Part shown: piece after piece, positions 27,387-34,708 of the stretch
How positions within the stretch are numbered: the first letter of the stretch is position 1
Layout of the letters: each line of letters starts with the position of its first letter
The notes under the pieces: generated by a model
What the model was told of the DNA's origin: nothing
The model's database searches: none
The model's input: only the letters and a program-made list of their open reading frames with translations
Program-made: the position numbers and the translations under genes
Source: Myxococcota bacterium
Lineage (GTDB): Bacteria; Myxococcota_A; UBA9160; UBA4427
Direction: 5' to 3'
Length of the DNA: 42,230 bases
NCBI GenBank assembly: GCA_963169575.1
Contig: CAUJGH010000231.1
Location: 1-42,230, forward strand

Positions 27387-27596
27387 CTCAGCTGCGGCCG
27401 CCGTGACGCCTGCGGCCATGACGGCCTGGTCGTCTTCTCGTGCAAGGGCCGCAGCTTCGGTCCTTCCTGCGGCGGTCGCGGCACGGCGGATCTCGCGGCG
27501 CAGCGCGTCGACCGGATGCTGCCCGAGATCCCGATCCGGCGGTGGATACGCTCGCTGTCCGATCCGCTTCGCGACCGCCGCGCCTGGAACTCGCCC
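27387..27596 (+). pseudogene. IS91-family transposase N-terminal (zinc-binding domain) fragment
   Basis: Hand-read frame LSCGRRDACGHDGLVVFSCKGRSFGPSCGGRGTADLAAQRVDRMLPEIPIRRWIRSLSDPLR resembles the IS91 block ..CG....VAFSCKGRGFCPSCGGRRM...LP.VP.RQWV.SLP. It ends exactly where R copy 2 begins. Confidence 0.55.
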
Positions 27597-27752
27597 CCGG
27601 ACGGCCCCCCAGCGGGCTGGTTGACCTGAATGGCATTAGGGGCGGTCGAGAAAATCCCGCTTGAAACTCCTGTCCGCCACACCCGCGAACGTTCTTGATG
27701 CTCGTGTCGCATCGACCGGTTGAGACCGCAGCCTCTTGTGCTTCCTGGCCGC
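27597..27752 (+). repeat. R repeat copy 2: a diverged full copy (27597-27678, ~70% to copy 1, nearly gap-free) plus an extra right-end copy (27731-27752)
   Basis: CCGGACGGCCCCCCAGCGGGCTGGTTGACCTGAATG....CTCCTGTCCGCC, then GCCTCTTGTGCTTCCTGGCCGC. Aligned by eye. Confidence 0.65.
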
Positions 27753-27965
27753 CACGGAGTTGGAGGGGTGGGCGATCGACGATGAGAGGGAGCGGGGCTG
27801 CACCTCCGGGTCATCAGCGATGACGCGTGTGATCCACTCGCTGGGGCGGGAGACGAGTACGCGGTGAATCGCAGGGCAGATCACCCGATTTCGACTCGTC
27901 TCGTTTCGGTCGAATGATGTCTCGGAGGCGCAGTTCGACGTGCATCGGGTAGCGACGCGCCTGCG

Positions 27966-28778
27966 TCAACGCGCCGGAAACCCGCTGCTGTCGCACCTGC
28001 CCTCGGCGCGATCCGGCCACCACTCGTAGCGGAGGACCGGCGTCGTGCTCTCCTGGCCGGGGCGACCCGCGCCGACGGGCTCGCCGTACAGGTTCAGCAC
28101 ACGGTGCCGCCTGGGCCAACCCCCGGGCGCGCCCTGGCCCGGGTAGGGATCCGGCGCGAGCTTCGCGAGGATCGCGCAGCCCTCGGCCGCGCTGCCCGGC
28201 AAGGCGCGGTGTTCGGACGGGTACAGCTCCAGCGTCTCCAGCTGGGTGGTCGCATCCCAGGTACTCGTCGCCGGGCGCCATGTGACGAAGTAGGCCTTCA
28301 TGCTCGCCTGCGCGGCGATCGCAGCGACGACCGGGACGGCGAAGACCATCGCGGCAATGTGCGCGCGCGGCATGGCTCGGCCCGGGACGCGCCACAGCGC
28401 GACGAAGACGAGCAGCCAGGCGCCGTCGACCAGGAGGTAGAGTGCCCACGGCGATGGGCGGAACGACTGGAACTGCATATCCCAGGTCATGACCGCACCG
28501 GCCGCGAGCGCGCCGAGCGCGAGCGGCATCGCGCCCGCACGCCCCTGGGCCGACCAGGCGAGCGCGCCCGCGCCCACGACGAGGCCCGGAACGTGCATCG
28601 CGCCCCAGCCGAACCAGAGAGGAACCGCATAACTGGCGAAGACGCTCTCGCCGCCCCACAACGAAGGAAAGCGCGCCCATTCGGCGATCGCGCCGGCGGT
28701 CAGGCAGCTGAGCAAGATCCAGAGCGCGATCGCGAGCGCTGAGGCGGCTCGAGGCGGCGCAGGCCGGAGCGTATTCAT
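27966..28778 (-). CDS. Hypothetical integral membrane protein with a Cys/Trp-containing C-terminal domain ('gene X', full-length copy)
   Basis: Start trimmed to MNTLRPAPPRAASALAIALWILLSCL. About 6 hydrophobic segments, then ..GSAAEGCAILAKLAPDPYPGQG...LRYEWWPDRAEGRCDSSGFPAR. No family recognised. Confidence 0.65.
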   Translation of the reverse strand: MNTLRPAPPRAASALAIALWILLSCLTAGAIAEWARFPSLWGGESVFASYAVPLWFGWGAMHVPGLVVGAGALAWSAQGRAGAMPLALGALAAGAVMTWDMQFQSFRPSPWALYLLVDGAWLLVFVALWRVPGRAMPRAHIAAMVFAVPVVAAIAAQASMKAYFVTWRPATSTWDATTQLETLELYPSEHRALPGSAAEGCAILAKLAPDPYPGQGAPGGWPRRHRVLNLYGEPVGAGRPGQESTTPVLRYEWWPDRAEGRCDSSGFPAR

Positions 28779-29007
28779 GGCGCGGCGGCCTCGGCGCGTC
28801 GGCAGGTTGCGAGGGAAGAACGGGGGGCCGCTTTCGCCTTCATGGGCGCCGAGGATAACGCACGGGGGACGCGTGATCCGATCGCCCTCCCGGACACGAA
28901 GCCGCGCCGGGTTGCGGAGCGGAGGGGCCCGAGTTCGAGTCTTGTCGGGCGCGCCAATTTTGCCAGTTGGATTTCGCGTCGCTGCGACTGTTCCGGAAGA
29001 GTTGGAG

Positions 29008-29265
29008 TCAAGCAGTGGGGCGAAGGTTCTCGCGGATGATTCGCGGGTGTCTTGCTGCAATGCGCAGCAGTGCGATCGCTGGCTCCTCGGGTCGCCGGCG
29101 GCCTTGTTCCCAGTTTCGCAGCGTGTGCACGCTGATCTCGATCGCTCGGGCGAAGTCGGTCTGCGTCAGCCCGACGAAGCGCCTCAGCGCGGCGATGTCC
29201 TCACCCGACTCCAATCGGCCTTCCATCAGCCGCTTGCGAAGTCGAGCGGGAATGGCTCGCTTCAT
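29008..29265 (-). CDS. XRE-type HTH protein (COG2944/antitoxin-like)
   Basis: 85 aa. LRRFVGLTQTDFARAIEISVHTLRNWEQGRRRPEEPAIALLRI is typical of HigA/YiaG-like small HTH proteins. Confidence 0.75.
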   Translation of the reverse strand: MKRAIPARLRKRLMEGRLESGEDIAALRRFVGLTQTDFARAIEISVHTLRNWEQGRRRPEEPAIALLRIAARHPRIIRENLRPTA

Positions 29266-29385
29266 CTGCTCTTCGGTCGGTTCGGGAATCTCCGTGCAAG
29301 ACGACCCAGCCCCCGGCCCACGTGTGATACCGCGATTGGCGACCGCGACCTGCCTGGCGCGACTCTGCGTGGTGTCGCCATCGCC

Positions 29386-30081
29386 TCAGAAGACGATCCG
29401 GCGCTGCCTTGCCAATCCCGTCAGGCCCAGGGCGAGTAGGAGCGCCGTGCCGGGTTCCGGGATGGCCACCAGGCTGATCGTCGCGTTCTCGGCGAGGGCA
29501 AAGCTGGTTGGGATTGCGATTCCCCCCAGACCGACGTTTGTCCCAAAAGTGATCGATGTCGCGCCGGGCCCGACGACCTCGAAGGCCAGCCGGAACTGCG
29601 GATCACCGACCACGCCGCTCACGCCCAAGTCGTCCTCACCGGTTCGGGTCGATGTCACGAACGCGATCGCGTCGGCGAATACCACGTACGGATCCGACGG
29701 ATCGATGAAGCGCTCGCTGGGACTCGCCGCGGCTGAATTATCGAGGCCACCGAAGCAGCCATGGATCGGGAGGCAGAACGCCAGGAGCTTCTGGGCGACC
29801 GTTCCCGAATGGAATCGGACGACGGACGGGTCGTAGCCGAAGGCGCTGGCGGCGATTCCGAAAATGGACCAACCGCCCTCGTTACGGAACGTGATGTCGA
29901 CCTCGACCACGTCGCCCACGGCGAGTTCGTCGAGCGCCTGGCCGCTCGAGGACGTCACCCCGGAAACGCTGAATCGAGCGGCATTGGCGGCCTGTGTCCC
30001 CAATCCTGCCGACACCGCGGACACCAGACTGAGCAGGCCGAGTCGGACGAGCGCGGAACGGAATCGAAAGGAACGGGTCAC
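29386..30081 (-). CDS. PEP-CTERM sorting-domain secreted protein
   Basis: GTG start after GAGGGAGAA. Signal peptide RSALVRLGLLSLVSAVSAGLGTQAANA. The C-terminus is ..VAIPEPGTALLLALGLTGLARQRRIVF. Confidence 0.7.
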   Translation of the reverse strand: MTRSFRFRSALVRLGLLSLVSAVSAGLGTQAANAARFSVSGVTSSSGQALDELAVGDVVEVDITFRNEGGWSIFGIAASAFGYDPSVVRFHSGTVAQKLLAFCLPIHGCFGGLDNSAAASPSERFIDPSDPYVVFADAIAFVTSTRTGEDDLGVSGVVGDPQFRLAFEVVGPGATSITFGTNVGLGGIAIPTSFALAENATISLVAIPEPGTALLLALGLTGLARQRRIVF

Positions 30082-30235
30082 GACATTCTCCCTCTTCGAA
30101 ACGGAACATCGAACGGGAACGAGGCGAACAAGCGTTTCAAGAGGCGTTTTCCGGACCAACGGTAACGCAACATGATTTAGCTGGTCCGCCGGAGGCCCAT
30201 CCGGGGACGAATCAAGGTGGCCGGCCCTGCGAAAA

Positions 30236-30445
30236 TGACTCCAGTCTCTGAGTTGGCCTCGGGAAGCCGAGGCGATCGGAGACGAGATGAAGGCAAAGCG
30301 ATTCACGGAAGAGCAGATCATCGGGATCCTTAACGAAGCCGAGCAGACGGGGAACATCCGCGAGGTCTGCAAACGGAACAACATCACGGAGACGACCTTC
30401 TACCGCTGGCGCACGAAGTTCGGCGGCATGGAGGTCTCGGATGCC
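30236..30445 (+). mobile_element. IS3-family remnant: putative left IR (TGACTCCAGTC..) plus the first 53 codons of orfA
   Basis: MKAKRFTEEQIIGILNEAEQTGNIREVCKRNNITETTFYRWRTKFGGMEVSDA is the classic IS3/IS407 OrfA HTH. It is cut exactly at the start of R copy 3. Confidence 0.65.
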
Positions 30446-30527
30446 CCGGACGGGCCTCGCGGCGGGCCGGTTGACCTATATGATCTTGACGGCGGTGCGA
30501 AAAAGGCCTCTTATGCTTCCTATCCGC
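30446..30527 (+). repeat. R repeat copy 3 (82 bp, full length)
   Basis: CCGGACGGGCCTCGCGGCGGGCCGGTTGACCTATATGATCTTGACGGCGGTGCGAAAAAGGCCTCTTATGCTTCCTATCCGC. Confidence 0.8.
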
Positions 30528-30564
30528 TGACACCGGTGAGCTTCGTGGCGATATACTCGAAGCC

Positions 30565-31752
30565 ATGAAGTCGCATGCGCTCTTGCTATTCGTCGCGGCG
30601 TTCGTCACCTCGGCCCAGACGACCAGCGCCGCCTCCTTCACGCCCATCGGTCGCGTCGGCGTCCGAAGCAGCGCCTTCGGCGTATCGGCCGACGGTTCGA
30701 CGGTCGCCGGCTCCTTCGCCGACAGCAGGGGCCGGTCCGTGGGTTCATTCGTCTGGAGCTCCGCAAACGGATTGCAGGACCTCGGCATCCTTCCGGGCGG
30801 AACTTCGCAGCAGTTCGCCCTGGGCATCTCCCCGGATGGCGCGACCGTGGTCGGCTCGAACGCCACTGCGACCGGCTCCGAGGCATTCGCCTGGGACGCA
30901 GAGGCGGGGACCCGGGGACTCGGAATGCTTCCGGGCAGCCTGAATAGCACTGCCCGTGCCGTCTCGAACGATGGATCCGTCATCGTGGGCGAGGACGGCG
31001 GGCAGGATCCCCTGGACCCGACGTCGCTGCGGGCCGTGATCTGGGAGGCGGGTCGGGGCGTCCGCGCGCTCGGGGATCTGCCCGGGGTGGAACCGATCTG
31101 GAGCTCGGCTACCGACGTTTCGGCCGATGGGACGGTCGTCGTGGGCTGGGGCACGAGCGGCGAACCGGGAACTCTGACGATCGAGCGCGAGGCATTCATC
31201 TGGGATGTGAGCAATGGCATGCGTGGACTGGGCGGGCTGCCTGGTCAGCCAGCGATTTCCCGGGCGACCGCGATCTCCCGGGACGGCGCGACCGTCGTGG
31301 GTTACGCAAGAGTCGAAGGCCTCTCGGGCCCGGACTACGACGAACCCTTCGTGTGGGATGCAGCGCGCGGCATGCGCAGTCTCGGCGCATTCGCAGGCGC
31401 TCGAGTCAGCGTTCCGCTGGACGTGTCGGATGGCGGATCGACCGTCGTGGGCTACATGCCATTCCCTTTCGCCGGCACCGACCTGGCATTGATCTGGGCC
31501 GAGGAAAGTGGACCTCAGCGCGTGGACTTCCTGCTGCAGTCGCTGGGGATCGATCTCGCGGGTTGGCGCCTCGAGCGGGCCAATGGAATCTCTGCAGACG
31601 GAACGACCATCGTCGGAACCGGAATCGATCCGAGCGGCCAACGCCAGGCCTGGATCGCCGTGATTCCGGAGCCGACGAGCGCGCTCCTGCTCGGAGCCGG
31701 TCTCATGGGGCTGGCCCTGGCTGGACGCCCTCGACCTTCGAATCCCGATTGA
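30565..31752 (+). CDS. HAF-repeat extracellular protein with PEP-CTERM anchor
   Basis: Signal peptide. At least 7 repeats of ~45 aa of the type ..A.GVSADGSTVVG......EAF.W....GMR.LG.LPG... The C-terminus is VIPEPTSALLLGAGLMGLALAGRPR. Confidence 0.8.
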   Translation: MKSHALLLFVAAFVTSAQTTSAASFTPIGRVGVRSSAFGVSADGSTVAGSFADSRGRSVGSFVWSSANGLQDLGILPGGTSQQFALGISPDGATVVGSNATATGSEAFAWDAEAGTRGLGMLPGSLNSTARAVSNDGSVIVGEDGGQDPLDPTSLRAVIWEAGRGVRALGDLPGVEPIWSSATDVSADGTVVVGWGTSGEPGTLTIEREAFIWDVSNGMRGLGGLPGQPAISRATAISRDGATVVGYARVEGLSGPDYDEPFVWDAARGMRSLGAFAGARVSVPLDVSDGGSTVVGYMPFPFAGTDLALIWAEESGPQRVDFLLQSLGIDLAGWRLERANGISADGTTIVGTGIDPSGQRQAWIAVIPEPTSALLLGAGLMGLALAGRPRPSNPD

Positions 31753-31760
31753 TCCAGCGC

Positions 31761-31997
31761 TCAGGCATCTCGACCGCTCTCTTCGTCCGTCGACGGATGG
31801 CCACCCGCGAGAGATTTCTGCCACCAGCCGCGCTCGTGCGTCGAGAAGAGCATCGGGATGCCGCAGGTCGACGCCGGCTTCGTGTGCACCATCTGACCGT
31901 AGTCGTACTCGATGGTTTCCCGCGTCCGGAACTCCACGCCCGCCGAACGCCCTTGCTGGATGTGCGCGCGAACGTCGTCGACGTCGACACCGAATAG
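31761..31997 (-). pseudogene. C-terminal fragment of a VOC (glyoxalase/bleomycin-resistance)-like protein, 5'-truncated at R copy 4
   Basis: LFGVDVDDVRAHIQQGRSAGVEFRTRETIEYDYGQMVH.. resembles the last beta-alpha-beta unit of VOC proteins. It has no N-terminus, and homology starts 4 nt from the R repeat. Confidence 0.35.
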
Positions 31998-32001
31998 CCC
32001 C

Positions 32002-32055
32002 CCGGACGGGCCTCGCGGCGGGCCGGTTGACTGAAATGATCTCAGCGGCGGTGCG
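32002..32055 (+). repeat. R repeat copy 4 (left 54 bp only), fused to the last 11 codons of a gene X copy
   Basis: CCGGACGGGCCTCGCGGCGGGCCGGTTGACTGAAATGATCTCAGCGGCGGTGCG, followed directly by ATGGCAGCCGATTCCCGGCGCGTTGA. Confidence 0.75.
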
Positions 32056-32155
32056 ATGGCAGCCGATTCCCGGCGCGTTGAACCTGTCCAGAGCGTCGGC
32101 GGGCGGCACGGAGCCTCGTCCGGCCAGGGCATCGGACCGGACTCGCGAGAAGGAA

Positions 32156-32229
32156 TGGATCCCCGACGTGGATTCGAACCACGATTAACAGAGTCAGAAT
32201 CTGTTGTCCTGCCGTTAGACGATCGGGGA
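32156..32229 (-). tRNA. tRNA-Gln (anticodon CUG), CCA encoded
   Basis: Folded by hand. Acceptor TCCCCGA/TCGGGGA is 7 bp. D stem is GTC(T)/(G)GAC. Anticodon arm is ACAGA-TTCTGAC-TCTGT. T arm is CGTGG-TTCGAAT-CCACG. Discriminator is U, then CCA. Confidence 0.9.
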
Positions 32230-32640
32230 TCAGGACCGAGGCCGGTTTGTACCGGACTGCGCCGCGCTCCTCAAGGTCGGGGCCCGCAGCGCCTCGGTGC
32301 ACGGATCCTGCCGATCGGATCCGGCCCCCCGAAGCCTGAGGGTCGACTGAGGCGCGTGCGGGCTCGCGCCGGGATCCATATATAGTCAGAGTCCCCTTGG
32401 GGCCCAGGAACGGGCGAGCCGCCGAGGCCGGGCGAACGGCCGGCCCGGGTCGTTCCCGCCGCCCGATGGGCGATCCCGAGCCGGAGTCGCGCCCGGGGCC
32501 TGTGTCCCGCCGGCCACTTCCTTAGAATCGGCCTCCTCGCGGACCCGACCCGTCGCCCCGGCCTCCGAGCGCGCCCGGCCGGCCCCGAGCAGCCCATCCG
32601 AACCTCTCCGCTCCTCCGCCCACTCGAAAGGATCCCTGCG

Positions 32641-33456
32641 ATGTCCGAGACCCCGAGCAAGCCCGCCGTCATCGTCGAGAAGGAAGGACACGTCCTGATC
32701 GTGACCCTGAACCGCCCGGAGAAGAAGAACTGCGTCAACTCCGAGGTCATGTGCCGGCTCTACGATGCGTGGGTCGAGCTCGACCGCGATCCCGAGCTGC
32801 GCGTCGCGATCCTGACCGGCAACGGGGACACCTTCTGCGCCGGCATGGATCTCTCCGAGATCCCGAAGCTGCGGACCGGCAAGCCCGAGAACGACTGGAT
32901 GGCGCGGGTCATGAAGGACTCGAACATCACGCTCGCCTGCTGGCTCAAGACCTATCGCCCGACCAAGCCCGTCATCCTCGCCGCCGAAGGCTTCGCCCGC
33001 GCGGGCGGCACGGAGATCCTCCAGGGCACCGACATCCGCGTCGCCGGCGAGAGCGCGATGTTCGGGGTCACCGAAGTCCAGCGCGGCCTCTTCCCGATGG
33101 CGGGCTCGGCCGTCCGCCTGCGCCGCCAGATCCCGTACGCGATCGCCGCCGAGATGCTGCTCGCCGGCGAGGATCTCCCGGCGCGGCGCGCCTACGATCT
33201 CGGCCTGATCAATCACGTCGTGCCCGATGGCCAGGCGCTCGCGAAGGCGAAGCAGATCGCGGAGCGCATCGCGAGCAACGGCCCGCTCGCCGTCGCCGGC
33301 ATCCTCGCGACGCTGCGCCAGACCGAGGCGATGCCCGAGGAAGAGGCCTTCAAGATCGAGATGCAGCACGGCATGAAGGTCATGTCTTCGAAGGACGCCG
33401 TCGAAGGGCCGCGCGCCTTCATGGAGAAGCGGCCGCCGATCTTCAAGGGCGAATAG
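32641..33456 (+). CDS. Enoyl-CoA hydratase/isomerase (crotonase) family protein
   Basis: VIVEKEGHVLIVTLNRPEKKNCVN...RVAILTGNGDTFCAGMDL and C-terminal ..EGPRAFMEKRPPIFKGE. Confidence 0.9.
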   Translation: MSETPSKPAVIVEKEGHVLIVTLNRPEKKNCVNSEVMCRLYDAWVELDRDPELRVAILTGNGDTFCAGMDLSEIPKLRTGKPENDWMARVMKDSNITLACWLKTYRPTKPVILAAEGFARAGGTEILQGTDIRVAGESAMFGVTEVQRGLFPMAGSAVRLRRQIPYAIAAEMLLAGEDLPARRAYDLGLINHVVPDGQALAKAKQIAERIASNGPLAVAGILATLRQTEAMPEEEAFKIEMQHGMKVMSSKDAVEGPRAFMEKRPPIFKGE

Positions 33457-33543
33457 CAGCCCGGGCGAATAGCAGATCGGACGAAGGGCGGTCCGGGCGA
33501 ATGGCGGCGAGCCGGTGCGCCCGGCGCCCGGAGCGCGATCCGC

Positions 33544-34602
33544 TCAGAGATCCGTGCGCCGGCTGTCCGAGCACTCGAGCGGGAAGTCGGGGCCGAACGC
33601 GGTCGCCGGGGTCTGGTAGCCGATCGGGGCGAGACCTTCGGCGACCCGCCGCGCGGCTTCGATTGCCGCGACCTGCGTCATCGCATAGCCGCTCGGCGTC
33701 TCGAGCATCGCCGCCGCGCGCTGGCCGCCCGCGCTCTCGGCCTCGGCGAGGACGCCCGCGCGGGTCGACTCGCGCGCCGCCTCGTCCGGGCCCTCGGGCA
33801 GCGCGTCGATGCGCGCCGAGAGAAAACGCTGCACGGCCTCGAGCCGCAGCAGCGGCGCCGCGAAGCGGCTCGCCTTCAAGAGCAGCGGGATCCGGCCCGA
33901 CACGACGACATAGGTCTCGATGTCCGGGATGCCCGTCGAGTGGAACGCGCTCGCGAGATCCGCGAGCGGAAGCGCCACGGCGCGCAGCGGGCCCGCGCCG
34001 ATGTCGAAATGCCGCTCGAGGCTGCCCATCGCGCGCCGGACGAGCACGCCCTGATGGCGGACGCGCAGGCCGTCGGCGACGGCTTCGAGCATCGTCCGCG
34101 TCGTGCCGCGCGAGGCGCCGCCGCCGAGGCCGGCGAGGGCGATGCGCAGGACGACGGGCTCCGCGACGCGCGCGGCGACGTAGGCCGCGAGGCAATCGCT
34201 CGGGACGACGTCGAAGCCGACGCCGGGCAGCAGCGTGATCCCCGCGCGCCGGGCTTCATCGTCGCGGCGGGCGAGGGCCTCGAAGACGTCGATCTCGCCG
34301 GTGACGTCGAGATAATGCGTGCGCGTCGCGAGGCAGGCGTCGACCATCGGCCGCGAGGTCTTCGAGAAGGGGCCGGCGATGTGGAGGACGGCGGCGACGT
34401 CTTCGAGGGCGGCGGCGAGGCGTGCCGCATCGCCCAGGGAGACGGCGCGCGTCTCGAAGCCGTGGGCCTCGCCGATAGGCACGAGCTTCTTCGCATCGCG
34501 GCCGGCGAGCACGACGTCGAGGCCGCGGCGCGCGGCTTCGCGGGCGACGAGCTTGCCGGTGTAGCCCGTCGCGCCGTAGATCAGGATCCGGCCGCTTGCC
34601 AT
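33544..34602 (-). CDS. Saccharopine dehydrogenase-like NAD(P)-binding oxidoreductase (trans-acting enoyl reductase-like)
   Basis: Start MASGRILIYGATGYTGKLVAREAARRG (Rossmann GxxGxxG) after GGAGAT. ..HYLDVTGEIDVFE.. is typical of the family. Confidence 0.85.
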   Translation of the reverse strand: MASGRILIYGATGYTGKLVAREAARRGLDVVLAGRDAKKLVPIGEAHGFETRAVSLGDAARLAAALEDVAAVLHIAGPFSKTSRPMVDACLATRTHYLDVTGEIDVFEALARRDDEARRAGITLLPGVGFDVVPSDCLAAYVAARVAEPVVLRIALAGLGGGASRGTTRTMLEAVADGLRVRHQGVLVRRAMGSLERHFDIGAGPLRAVALPLADLASAFHSTGIPDIETYVVVSGRIPLLLKASRFAAPLLRLEAVQRFLSARIDALPEGPDEAARESTRAGVLAEAESAGGQRAAAMLETPSGYAMTQVAAIEAARRVAEGLAPIGYQTPATAFGPDFPLECSDSRRTDL

Positions 34603-34708
34603 CTCGGATCTCCGAAGTGTGAAGCGCGAAGAGCCAGGCGCGAAGAACGAAGAACGATGGTCGGTGCGGTCGGCAAAGGCAAGACCGCCCCGCGCCAATC
34701 GCCCGGCT

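Larger units (their letters stand above)
21851..32155. mobile_element. Putative degraded genomic island / rearranged accessory segment at tRNA-Gln (no integrase present)
   Basis: Bounded by the partial and the intact tRNA-Gln copies in direct orientation. Contains IS91 and IS3 remnants, R repeats, several gene fragments and PEP-CTERM cargo. GC content is not visibly different from the flanks. Confidence 0.35.

Noticed and set aside
21305-32055. R repeats as integron attC sites or a CRISPR array
   Set aside because: There is no RYYYAAC/GTTRRRY inverse core pair at the ends. The intervening genes are in mixed orientation and there is no integron integrase. Spacing of 1.5-6.3 kb and the 82-bp length are incompatible with CRISPR.
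32386-33369. 327-aa minus-strand ORF, and the 495-aa plus-strand ORF 32751-34238
   Set aside because: They are antisense to, or out of frame with, the crotonase and saccharopine-dehydrogenase-like genes. They have the Arg/Pro-rich artefact composition.
33447-33507. Three copies of GGGCGAAT(A/G)GC(A/G)G at and after the crotonase stop codon
   Set aside because: It is a short local duplication of the gene's last codons in a convergent intergenic region. It is too short and too few to suggest a function.
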